From: an uncultured Gemmatimonadaceae bacterium
GTDB taxonomy: Bacteria > Gemmatimonadota > Gemmatimonadetes > Gemmatimonadales > Gemmatimonadaceae
Reading direction: 5' to 3'
DNA length: 64,000 nucleotides
Assembly (NCBI GenBank): GCA_963781585.1
Contig: CAWAGQ010000004.1
Location: 384,001 to 448,000 of the forward strand
The notes beneath the pieces were generated by a model. That model ran no database searches and was not told the DNA's origin. It worked only from the letters and a program-made list of their open reading frames with translations. This document shows positions 9,152 through 17,654 of this stretch, piece after piece. Position numbers and translations under genes: made by a program. Position 1 is the first letter of the stretch. Each line of letters begins with the position of its first letter.

Positions 9152-10371
9152 AGGAGGCCACCGGCCAGAGGCCACGGGCCAGAGGCCAGAAACCCGGTGA
9201 AGGAAGTTCCCGGCGTGCAGCACTCATCGTGCTGGATGGCGTTGGGGCGGGCGCCGCCGATGACGCGCGTGCGTACGGAGATGAGGACAGCAACACGCTC
9301 GGCCACTTGGCGGAGGCGGTTGGAGGCGCCGAACTGCCCAATCTGGAGCGGCTCGGACTCGGCCGTATCGCGTCGCTGCGCGGAGTGCGCGACGATGTGA
9401 CGCCTCAGGCTGCCTGGGGTACTCTTCAGCCGGCGTCGGCGGGGAAAGACAGTACCACGGGACACTGGGAACTGATGGGGCTCCACCTGGATCGGCCGTT
9501 CCCGACCTATCCAGACGGTTTCCCGGCCGAGCTGGTCGAGGAGTTCAGCCGACGAACCGGGCGTGGGATACTCGGAAACGTCGCGGCAAGCGGTACCGAC
9601 ATCATTGATCGTTATGCGGAGGCGCAGGCGCGGACCGGGTCGTGGATCGTGTACACGTCAGCCGATTCGGTCTTTCAGGTCGCGGCGCACGAGGCCGTCA
9701 TTCCGCTCGGGGAGCTATACGCAGCCTGCGCCGTCGCCCGAGAGATGCTGGTGCCTCCGCATAACGTCTCGCGGGTGATCGCGCGGCCGTTCGTGGGCTC
9801 GGTCGGCCAGTATCGACGGACGGCGGGGCGGCGGGACTTCTCGATTGCGCCGCCCGGGGAGACGCTGCTCGACATGCTGGCGGCCGAGGGAATCGCGCGA
9901 AGTGGGGTGGGAAAGGTCGACGATCTGTTTGCCGGGCGGGGCCTCTCGTCTCGTCACACCGTGGACAACGCCGAGGGAATCGCCGCCATCGGATCGTGGC
10001 TCTCCAGCGGCGAGAGTGGGTTCCTCCTCGCGAACCTTGTAGATTTCGACCAGCAATTCGGGCACAGAAACGACATCCCGGGGTTCTATGGGGCGCTGCG
10101 GCAATTCGATGCGTCGTTGCCGACGCTTCTTCGAGAACTTCGCGAGGGCGATCTGTTTGCCATCACTGCCGATCACGGCAACGATCCGACAACCCGTTCC
10201 ACGGATCATGCGCGCGAGCGCGTGCCCGTGCTGGTAACCGGGGCGTTGTTGAGGTCGTGCGGGATTGGCGAGCGTCCGACATTCTCCGATCTTGGCGCGA
10301 CCATCGCCGAATGGTTCGGGATCGGGTTCCGCGGGCGGGGCACGTCATTTCTCTCGGAGATTCTCGCGTGA
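9148..10371 (+). CDS. deoB: Phosphopentomutase
   Basis: LIVLDGVG.G, GKDSTTGHWE, VYTSADSVFQVAAHE, RVIARPF, NLVDFD..FGHRND, TADHGNDPT..STDH.RE. Confidence 0.95.
   Translation: MKEATGQRPRARGQKPGEGSSRRAALIVLDGVGAGAADDARAYGDEDSNTLGHLAEAVGGAELPNLERLGLGRIASLRGVRDDVTPQAAWGTLQPASAGKDSTTGHWELMGLHLDRPFPTYPDGFPAELVEEFSRRTGRGILGNVAASGTDIIDRYAEAQARTGSWIVYTSADSVFQVAAHEAVIPLGELYAACAVAREMLVPPHNVSRVIARPFVGSVGQYRRTAGRRDFSIAPPGETLLDMLAAEGIARSGVGKVDDLFAGRGLSSRHTVDNAEGIAAIGSWLSSGESGFLLANLVDFDQQFGHRNDIPGFYGALRQFDASLPTLLRELREGDLFAITADHGNDPTTRSTDHARERVPVLVTGALLRSCGIGERPTFSDLGATIAEWFGIGFRGRGTSFLSEILA
9156..9190 (+). repeat. Five tandem GGCCANN heptamers in the 5' end of deoB
   Basis: GGCCACC GGCCAGA GGCCACG GGCCAGA GGCCAGA. 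Confidence 0.8.
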
Positions 10372-10778
10372 CGGAAGGGGGCGACGCCGGGGTGGTATCC
10401 GCCGCGGCGTTTGGGGCAATGGTTCGCGCGTACGCGCCGTATTCGGGGTTCCGCGTCGGGGCAGCGTTGCAGAGCGCCGACGGGGCAATTTCGGTCGGGT
10501 GCAACGTGGAGAACTCGGCGTTTCCGGCCGGCATCTGTGCCGAGCGCTCGGCGCTGGCTGCGGCGGTGGCGGCGGGACACCGCGAGTTCCAGCTGCTGGT
10601 GGTCGCGTCCGAGGCGACAGAGCCCACGCCACCGTGTGGTCTGTGCCGTCAGGCGCTGGTCGAATTCGCGCCGGGCCTCACGGTACTCAGCGTGACGGCA
10701 GGGGGGAAGCGCGCCCGCTGGTCGCTGCGCGAGCTGCTCGCGCAGCCGTTCACGCCAGCGTCGCTGGTGCACCCATGA
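10368..10778 (+). CDS. cdd: Cytidine deaminase
   Basis: AYAPYSGFRVGAAL, GCNVEN, ICAERSA, PCGLCRQ; GTG start overlaps deoB stop. Confidence 0.93.
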   Translation: MTEGGDAGVVSAAAFGAMVRAYAPYSGFRVGAALQSADGAISVGCNVENSAFPAGICAERSALAAAVAAGHREFQLLVVASEATEPTPPCGLCRQALVEFAPGLTVLSVTAGGKRARWSLRELLAQPFTPASLVHP

Positions 10779-11062
10779 GGCTGGGACGGGTGGTGGGGAC
10801 GGTGGTCTCGACGCGCAAGGATGCGTCACTCGAATCGCTGAAGTTGCTGGTGGTCGAGAACCTGGCGACTACGCTGGAACGCGAGGGTGGGTACGTGGTC
10901 GCGGTGGATGCTGTGGGGGCCGGAACCGGGGAGGTGGTCCTGTACGCGAGCGGCAGTTCCGCGCGTCTTACGCCGATTACCAGGGATCGGCCAGTCGATG
11001 CCGTCATCATGGCGATCGTGGACAGCTTCGACGTGGACGGCACGGTGACCCGCCTTGCGTAG
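10775..11062 (+). CDS. EutN/CcmL-family bacterial microcompartment vertex (pentamer) protein
   Basis: MRLGRVVGTVVSTRK..SL...KLLVV, VAVDAVGAG.GE.VL...GSSAR, PVDAVIMAIVD; ATGA overlap with cdd. Confidence 0.92.
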   Translation: MRLGRVVGTVVSTRKDASLESLKLLVVENLATTLEREGGYVVAVDAVGAGTGEVVLYASGSSARLTPITRDRPVDAVIMAIVDSFDVDGTVTRLA

Positions 11063-12308
11063 GCGTGGCTGGTTCGTGCTTGCGGCGCTGGGCGTGAGCG
11101 CGGCGCTCGGCGCGTGCAACGAGGATGTGGAGGGGGGCGCAGCCTGCCCGATCCTCTGTCCGGAGCAGAACGTGTCGGTGTTCGACACCGTCTTCGACGC
11201 GGTGGACATGGACACGTCGTTGAACGGCTATCCGCCGTTCGGGAGCGAGCCCTCACTTGTCCTGGGCGCCCGCGGTGACACGCTCGACACGCGCGCCGTG
11301 CTCCGGTTCGACTCGCTGTTCGCGTTCTTCACGACCGACTTCGGCGATTCGGCGGTCGAAGCGATCGACAGCGCGTATCTGGTGCTGCACATCGACAAGG
11401 CGAACTCGCTTCTTTCGGCGCCGGTCACCATAGACGTGTTCAACGTCGACACGATCGAACCCGATACGCTGACGTCGCTGGAACTGCCGCTGTTTCGTCC
11501 CGACCGACTGATCACCAGCGTCACCTTCGACACGAGCCAGATCGGAGATTCGATTACCATTCGACTCGACAGCGCCTTCGTCATGGGTGGAGTCGTCGAT
11601 CGGAACCGCGTGCGTCTCGGACTGCGCGCGAGCAGCCCCGATCCGCTGATGCTGCAGATTGTGTCGAGCGAAGGCGGCACGCCGCCGACGATCAAGTACG
11701 ACGGGAGCGCGGATACCGCCGTCGGGGTGGTCACCAATACGCCGGTGTCCCTGGCACCGGGGAACAAGACGATCGCGCTGGACTACGCCGACTACCTGCT
11801 GGTGGTGAAAGCGCCGCCGCCGCCGGCCGGCCCGTACCTGCCGATCGGAGGCATTCCCGGACGTCGTGCGTACCTCAGCTTCGTCATCCCCAAGCACATT
11901 CAGGACTCGTCCACCGTTCTGCGGGCGACGCTCGAGCTGACGCAGTATCCCAACCGGGATTTTCCGGACAACCCACTGATCACGCTGTATCCGCAACTGG
12001 TGACTGCCGGGACGGATGTCATCGATCTCCAGAAATCCGCCCTGTTGCTTGCCCCGGCCACCGTACTCTTCGACACCGTCCAGGTGGCGCCGGCCGACAG
12101 CGGCGCCGTCAACCTCGAGGTGGTCAATGCCCTGCGGACATGGGCGCTGCCGATCGCCGTCCAATCACAGCGGGCCGTCGTACTGCGCACGCCCGGCGAA
12201 GGGCTCGCGCCGCGATTCGTCGTCTTCTATTCCACGGCGGCTCCCCCGGGGCTGCGCCCGCGCCTGCGGGTGAGCTACTCACCGCAGGTCATCTTCGGGG
12301 TACCCTGA
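11055..12308 (+). CDS. Hypothetical beta-rich outer-membrane lipoprotein
   Basis: Lipobox LGAC, CPILCP motif, long ORF with typical codon usage, coupled to neighbours. Confidence 0.75.
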   Translation: MRRRGWFVLAALGVSAALGACNEDVEGGAACPILCPEQNVSVFDTVFDAVDMDTSLNGYPPFGSEPSLVLGARGDTLDTRAVLRFDSLFAFFTTDFGDSAVEAIDSAYLVLHIDKANSLLSAPVTIDVFNVDTIEPDTLTSLELPLFRPDRLITSVTFDTSQIGDSITIRLDSAFVMGGVVDRNRVRLGLRASSPDPLMLQIVSSEGGTPPTIKYDGSADTAVGVVTNTPVSLAPGNKTIALDYADYLLVVKAPPPPAGPYLPIGGIPGRRAYLSFVIPKHIQDSSTVLRATLELTQYPNRDFPDNPLITLYPQLVTAGTDVIDLQKSALLLAPATVLFDTVQVAPADSGAVNLEVVNALRTWALPIAVQSQRAVVLRTPGEGLAPRFVVFYSTAAPPGLRPRLRVSYSPQVIFGVP

Positions 12309-13438
12309 TGCGCATCGGGATTCTCTCGTTAGGTTCTCTCGTGCTCGCGGTCGCGACCGTTCAGGGGCAGGGAGCGATCAGCACACAGGGGTTCGGCTAT
12401 CCGGCCGGCGGCGCGAGCACCAGAGCGGCCGCAGGCGGCGCCGCGTTCGCCGAATTCGACTTTGCGTCGCCGCGTAATCCCTCGAGCCTGCTGGCGTGGG
12501 GACGCGGTGGGCTGTACATCCAGTACGATCCGGAGCTGCGGTCGGTCGCGAGCGGAGGCAGTTCCGACAAGACCACCACCATCCGGTTTCCGATGATCGC
12601 TGCGGCCGCGCAGATCGGTCCCAGGACGGTCGTCTCGTTGTCGTCGTCCACGTTCCTGGACCGAACATGGGCCACGCGCGTGCGTGGCGGAGAGATACTG
12701 GGATCCGATTCGGTGGGCTTCTCCGAGTTCGTGCAATCGAACGGCGCCATCAACGACATCCGGTTGGCGGCATCAGTGTCTGTCTCGACCTGGTTCGCCG
12801 TTGGTCTTGGCCTCCACGCCTATGCCGGAGAGAATCGACTCCAGCTGCAGCGGACGTTCGACGACAGTCTCCGGTACGGCTCGATCGATCGCCTCCTCAC
12901 CCTGGGATACCAGGGCACCGGTGTCTCGCTCGGCGCTACCTGGAGACCGAGCCGGAACCTGGCGGTGGCGGGGTCGGCGCGCTCGGGAGGCACGTTTGAG
13001 ATGCGGCTGGCCGATTCCGTCATTGCGTCGGCCAAGGTGCCGAACCGGGTTGGATTCGGCCTGCGTTTCGACGGCCTGCCCGGCGCGAGTATCGCCGTCG
13101 GCGCGGAGCGAACCACCTGGTCCCGGATGTCGGCGCTGTCCTCGTCGTCGCTCGTGACCCGCGACACCTGGGAATACGACGTCGGGACGGAGCTCACCAG
13201 TCCGCACAGCGGCGCCGTCCCGGCGACGTTCTACCTCGGTTTTCGCTCGCGCCAGCTACCGTTCTCCTCCACAGGCGTCAACGTGTCGGAGCACATCTAC
13301 TCGGGGGGCGTGAGCCTCCCGTTGTCCGGCCCGCGAGCGGTCGCGGACCTTGCGCTGGAGCGCGCCACGCGTGGCACCGTGAGTGACGTCAGCGAACACG
13401 CGTGGATCGTGAGCGTGGCTCTCACCATCCGACCGTGA
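12308..13438 (+). CDS. Outer-membrane beta-barrel protein (OmpP1/FadL/PorV-like)
   Basis: Signal peptide, N-terminal G.STRA..GG.....NPSSL-type plug motif, alternating amphipathic strands; TGATG coupling. Confidence 0.68.
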   Translation: MRIGILSLGSLVLAVATVQGQGAISTQGFGYPAGGASTRAAAGGAAFAEFDFASPRNPSSLLAWGRGGLYIQYDPELRSVASGGSSDKTTTIRFPMIAAAAQIGPRTVVSLSSSTFLDRTWATRVRGGEILGSDSVGFSEFVQSNGAINDIRLAASVSVSTWFAVGLGLHAYAGENRLQLQRTFDDSLRYGSIDRLLTLGYQGTGVSLGATWRPSRNLAVAGSARSGGTFEMRLADSVIASAKVPNRVGFGLRFDGLPGASIAVGAERTTWSRMSALSSSSLVTRDTWEYDVGTELTSPHSGAVPATFYLGFRSRQLPFSSTGVNVSEHIYSGGVSLPLSGPRAVADLALERATRGTVSDVSEHAWIVSVALTIRP

Positions 13439-13444
13439 CCTCAC

Positions 13445-14641
13445 ATGACGGCGGCGCGTCCTGAACGGCTGACGCCGGCGCGCTCTGATCGGCCGCTCGT
13501 ACTCGTCGTCGCGCCGGCGACGCTCGCCGCCTCGCGAATCGCCGCCGAACTCGATGCCCTGCGATGTCGCGCGCTGACCACCGTCGATGCGAGCCGGGTG
13601 GTCGACACCGCCGCATCGCAACGCCCGGATCTGTGCATCGTCGAGGAGGAGGGTGCTCCGGACAGCACGGGCACCCCGGTGTCTGGGCTCGACATCTGTC
13701 GCCAGCTGAAGGACGATCCCCGTACGGCGCGGCTCCCCGTGCTGATCCTGACCGCGCGGCCCGACGCGGCCGGGCACGCGCGTGCCGTGGAGGCCGGGGC
13801 GGATGACGCGCTCGACATGCAACACGACCGAGCGCTGCTGGGGACGCGGGTTCGGGCCCTGCTGCGGCTCAAGCTCTCCACCGATGCCCTCGACGAGAGC
13901 GCCCGACGGCTGCGCGAACTCAAGAAGGTACGCGACGATCTGATGAAGATGATCGTGCACGACCTCAAGACGCCGCTCACCAGCGTGCTGGCGACTCTGG
14001 AGATGCTGGGTGATGGCGACCTGGGCAGGTTGGGAGACGTTCAGAAGCGAGCCGTCGAGGACATGCGCGCGATGGGAGATCAGCTGCTCGAACTCATCGA
14101 CGACCTGCTGCAGGTCTGGCGCATCGAGTCCACCACGTTGGCCCTGAGCCCCGAAGTGATTGTCCCGGCCAATTTCCTCCAGGAGATGGTCCGCGATTTC
14201 GCCTATCGCTTCCGTCAGGAGCAGGTCGACGTACGTGTGGACGTCGTCCCCGAAGCGCGGGCCTTCCACGGCGACCGGGCGCTCCTCCGTCGCGTCTTCG
14301 CGAATCTCTTCGAGAATGCCATCCGGCATTGTCCCGCGCCGGTTCGGCTGCGACTGAAGGCGCGCGACGACCGTCGCGGCGTGCTGTTCACCGTGGCGGA
14401 CAATGGCGAAGGGATCGCGCCCGAGTACCACGAAGTCATTTTTCGGACCTTCCATCGGTTGCCGAGGCCGAACGAGGCGCCGGTGCGAGGGTCCGGACTC
14501 GGGCTTGCGTTCTGCCGCCTGGCTGTCGAAGCGCACGGCGGACGAATCTGGGTACAGTCCGAGGAGGGTCGCGGAAGCGCATTCCACGTGCTGATGCCCT
14601 TCGAACCCGGACCTCCCGGGCGCGTCGGAGAGCCGGCGTGA
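13445..14641 (+). CDS. Cytoplasmic hybrid receiver-like domain / histidine kinase
   Basis: Receiver-like N-terminus (GLDICRQLK..P.T..LPVLILTA), H-box HDLKTPL, NLFENAIRH, DNGEGI, GSGLGL. Confidence 0.9.
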   Translation: MTAARPERLTPARSDRPLVLVVAPATLAASRIAAELDALRCRALTTVDASRVVDTAASQRPDLCIVEEEGAPDSTGTPVSGLDICRQLKDDPRTARLPVLILTARPDAAGHARAVEAGADDALDMQHDRALLGTRVRALLRLKLSTDALDESARRLRELKKVRDDLMKMIVHDLKTPLTSVLATLEMLGDGDLGRLGDVQKRAVEDMRAMGDQLLELIDDLLQVWRIESTTLALSPEVIVPANFLQEMVRDFAYRFRQEQVDVRVDVVPEARAFHGDRALLRRVFANLFENAIRHCPAPVRLRLKARDDRRGVLFTVADNGEGIAPEYHEVIFRTFHRLPRPNEAPVRGSGLGLAFCRLAVEAHGGRIWVQSEEGRGSAFHVLMPFEPGPPGRVGEPA

Positions 14642-15879
14642 AGATCTACCTCGAGACATTCGGGTGCCGCGCGAATCAGTACGACACAGAGCGGTTGCGC
14701 GCGATCGTGGAGCACGGTGGCGCGATCGTCGTCGGCGATCCCGCGGCGGCCGATGTTGCGGTCTTCAACAGTTGTGCGGTAACGGCGGAAGCGGAAGCGG
14801 ATCTGCGCAAGAGCGTGCGTCGCGCGGCGAGACACAATCCGAATCTGCGCACCGTGGTCATGGGTTGCGCGGCGGCGCTCGACAACGGGGCACTGAGCGC
14901 GCTGCCGTCCGTGGAGCACGTCGTTCCCGGCGACGACCTCGACGGGGTCGCGCGGGCGGTCGGAGTCGCGGTTCCGGGGTCGCCCTTGCTTGGAGGGCAA
15001 ACGGGAACACGGGCGCTTCTCCGGGTGCAAACCGGCTGCGACGAACATTGTACCTTCTGCGCCACGACCATCGCGCGGGGGGCCAATCGATCGCGGCCGC
15101 CAGAAGAGCTGGTGCGGGAAGCCGGCGCGCTCGCCGAGCGCCATTGCGAGATCGTGCTCACCGGCGTGCACATCGGCACCTACGGGCACGACATCGGTAC
15201 CACGCTCGGCGCGCTGGTGGGGCGACTGGTGTCCTCGGTGCGCGGCGCGCGCTTCCGCCTGTCATCCGTCGAAGCCACCGAGGTGGACGACGAACTCGCC
15301 GTGCTCTTCGATAGCCCGGAGAACCTGACGCCGCATCTTCACGCGCCCCTGCAATCCGGCGCCGACCGCATTCTCAAACGGATGGGTCGGCACTGGTACT
15401 CCGCAAGCAGCTACGCGCGCGCCGTGGAGCGCCTGGTGTCCCGGAAGACTGTGTTTGCACTCGGCGCCGACGTGATCGCGGGATTTCCAGGGGAAACCGA
15501 TGGCGATCATCAGGCGACGCTCGATCTCATTCGCGCGCTTCCCTTCACGTACCTGCATGTCTTCCCGTTCTCGGCCCGTCCCGGCACGGCCGCAACGCGA
15601 CTCCAGGATCAGGTGCGTCCTGAAGTGGCGCACCAGCGGGCCCGGGAGCTGCGGCAACTCGGAGCGAACCTCGGGGTCCGCTATCGTCAGGGTCGGATTG
15701 GCGGGAGCGCGGACGTGATTGTAGTGCGGGGCGAACGACGCGAGGGCCTCACGGGCGACTACCTCACGGTCACCATGGCAGACCGGCGTTTTCCCCGGGG
15801 GGCTCGAGTCCGAACGCGGCTGGCCGGCACGCCCGGGCAATTGCTGGCCGTCTCTACGCCGGCGAGCTTTGGGCCATGA
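14638..15879 (+). CDS. mtaB: tRNA methylthiotransferase, MtaB-like radical SAM enzyme
   Basis: TFGCRANQYD, NSCAVT..A, CDEHCTFC, EIVLTGVHIG.YG, HVFPFS.RPGT. Confidence 0.85.
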   Translation: MKIYLETFGCRANQYDTERLRAIVEHGGAIVVGDPAAADVAVFNSCAVTAEAEADLRKSVRRAARHNPNLRTVVMGCAAALDNGALSALPSVEHVVPGDDLDGVARAVGVAVPGSPLLGGQTGTRALLRVQTGCDEHCTFCATTIARGANRSRPPEELVREAGALAERHCEIVLTGVHIGTYGHDIGTTLGALVGRLVSSVRGARFRLSSVEATEVDDELAVLFDSPENLTPHLHAPLQSGADRILKRMGRHWYSASSYARAVERLVSRKTVFALGADVIAGFPGETDGDHQATLDLIRALPFTYLHVFPFSARPGTAATRLQDQVRPEVAHQRARELRQLGANLGVRYRQGRIGGSADVIVVRGERREGLTGDYLTVTMADRRFPRGARVRTRLAGTPGQLLAVSTPASFGP

Positions 15880-17213
15880 GCGGTCCCCGCGGAAGCGTTT
15901 TTGTCGAGACGTATGGTTGCCAGATGAACGTGAGCGACTCCGAGTTGATTCTCGGAAAGCTCTTGGCCGAAGGCTACGTCGCGGCCGAGGCGGCCGCTGA
16001 TGCGGACGTCATCCTGCTCAATACCTGCGCCATTCGCGATCACGCCGAGCAACGCGTGCTGGGCCGCCTGGGCGAGCTGAAGGGACAGATGCGGCCCCAC
16101 GCCGTGGTCGGCGTTCTGGGGTGCATGGCGCAGCGGCTTGGCCAGTCGCTCCTCGACCGCGCCCGGTTCGTGAGTCTCGTGATCGGTCCCGACGGATATC
16201 GCGCCCTCCCGGAGTTGCTGGAGCGGGCGCGCGCGGGTGAGCGCGCTCTGGAGACCGCGTTCGACCTGGAGGAGCACTACGAGGACTTTATCCCCCGCCG
16301 GTTCGACCGGGTGAAGGCCTGGATCCCGGTGCAACGCGGATGCGACTATCGGTGCACCTACTGCATCGTTCCCACCACGCGAGGTCCGGAACGGAGCCGC
16401 CGCCTCGCCGATGTGGTGCGGGAAGTAGAGGCGGTCGCGGCCGACGCGATGACCGAGGTGGTGCTGCTGGGCCAGACCGTCAACTCCTATCACGACGGGG
16501 CGTACGACTTTGCCGATCTGCTGCGGGCGGTCGGCTCGGTGCCAGGCATCCGGCGGGTGAGGTTCACGAGTCCGCACCCCTGCGATTTCACCGAGCGGGT
16601 GGTGGAGTCGATGGCCACGGTCGCGGCGGTCTGCGAACACGTGCATCTGCCCATGCAGTCCGGGTCGAGTCGGGTTCTGAAGCGGATGCTTCGACGCTAT
16701 ACGCGAGACGGATACATGGACGTGGTTCGACGGTTGCGAGCCGCGATTCCCGGCTTGAGTCTCACCACCGACGTGATCGCAGGATTTCCGGGTGAGACCG
16801 AGGAGGACTTCGATGAGACCCTGGATGCGGTTCGTGAGGTGGGGTTCGACGACGCCTTCACGTTCAGGTTTTCGCCTCGCGAGGGCACGCCCGCGACCCG
16901 CATGCCGGCCGCAGAGACCGTTCCCGACGACCAGGCGTCGGACCGACTGCAGCGGCTGATCGCGCTGGTACGGAGCATCTCGCGTGAGCACAACCTGCGG
17001 TTGTTAGGCGAGCGGCGCGAGGTGCTGGTGGAGCGGGCGGCGCGGCGCGGCGAGCTGCTCCAGGCTCGGACGCGCGACTTCAGGACAGTGCTTGTCCCAG
17101 GCGACGAGTCGATGGTAGGGGCGTACCTGCGGGTCGAGCTGAGCGGCACCACCGGGTCCACCTTTACCGGTGTCCCTGTAACCGAACGGTTTTCCCTTCC
17201 TCTCGCGGGCTAG
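15876..17213 (+). CDS. miaB: tRNA-i6A37 methylthiotransferase MiaB
   Basis: TYGCQMNVSDSE, NTCAIR..AEQ, CDYRCTYCIVP, LLGQTVNSY, RFTSPHP, TRAM-like C-terminus. Confidence 0.93.
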   Translation: MSGPRGSVFVETYGCQMNVSDSELILGKLLAEGYVAAEAAADADVILLNTCAIRDHAEQRVLGRLGELKGQMRPHAVVGVLGCMAQRLGQSLLDRARFVSLVIGPDGYRALPELLERARAGERALETAFDLEEHYEDFIPRRFDRVKAWIPVQRGCDYRCTYCIVPTTRGPERSRRLADVVREVEAVAADAMTEVVLLGQTVNSYHDGAYDFADLLRAVGSVPGIRRVRFTSPHPCDFTERVVESMATVAAVCEHVHLPMQSGSSRVLKRMLRRYTRDGYMDVVRRLRAAIPGLSLTTDVIAGFPGETEEDFDETLDAVREVGFDDAFTFRFSPREGTPATRMPAAETVPDDQASDRLQRLIALVRSISREHNLRLLGERREVLVERAARRGELLQARTRDFRTVLVPGDESMVGAYLRVELSGTTGSTFTGVPVTERFSLPLAG

Positions 17214-17346
17214 CCAGGGCGTCCCTTTCGAGTAGGTGTGACCCGCCGGGCACGGGCGCGTGAGAGGGTGCTTACTTGGAGCGCCATCCGACCGTCTGTA
17301 GTGTGTCAGCAACCCTACCGGTCTGCCCAACTCCTATGGAATTCCG

Positions 17347-17646
17347 ATGAAGAACGCCCTCGAAGAGGCGGTAGCCGACGTCTTCGAGCAGTTGCGCCAT
17401 ATGGAGGCGGGTTTTTGCTCCTGTGAGCAATGTCACGATGACGTCGTGACGCATGCGCTGAACAAAGCTCGGCCCAGATACATCTCGGGTAGCGGGGTTG
17501 GGCCGGCGGTCACGCGGGTGTCGTTGTCGCAGGAACAGGCCCGAGCCGAGATCGCGGTGCTGGTCCTCGAGGCCATGCGCCGAGTTCAACGGAATCCTCG
17601 CCACGGTCCGGAGGGCTTCATCGCGATCGGAGGTGGCGTGGGCTAG
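17347..17646 (+). CDS. ComFB-family (late competence development) protein
   Basis: KN..EE.V, CSCEQC..DV...ALN...PRY, A...V..NPRH pattern. Confidence 0.85.
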   Translation: MKNALEEAVADVFEQLRHMEAGFCSCEQCHDDVVTHALNKARPRYISGSGVGPAVTRVSLSQEQARAEIAVLVLEAMRRVQRNPRHGPEGFIAIGGGVG

Positions 17647-17654
17647 GAGAGGCC

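Noticed and set aside
14638..17213. Tandem methylthiotransferases as a novel duplication
   Set aside because: Motifs match two established distinct subfamilies (MtaB-like and MiaB); ordinary clustering.
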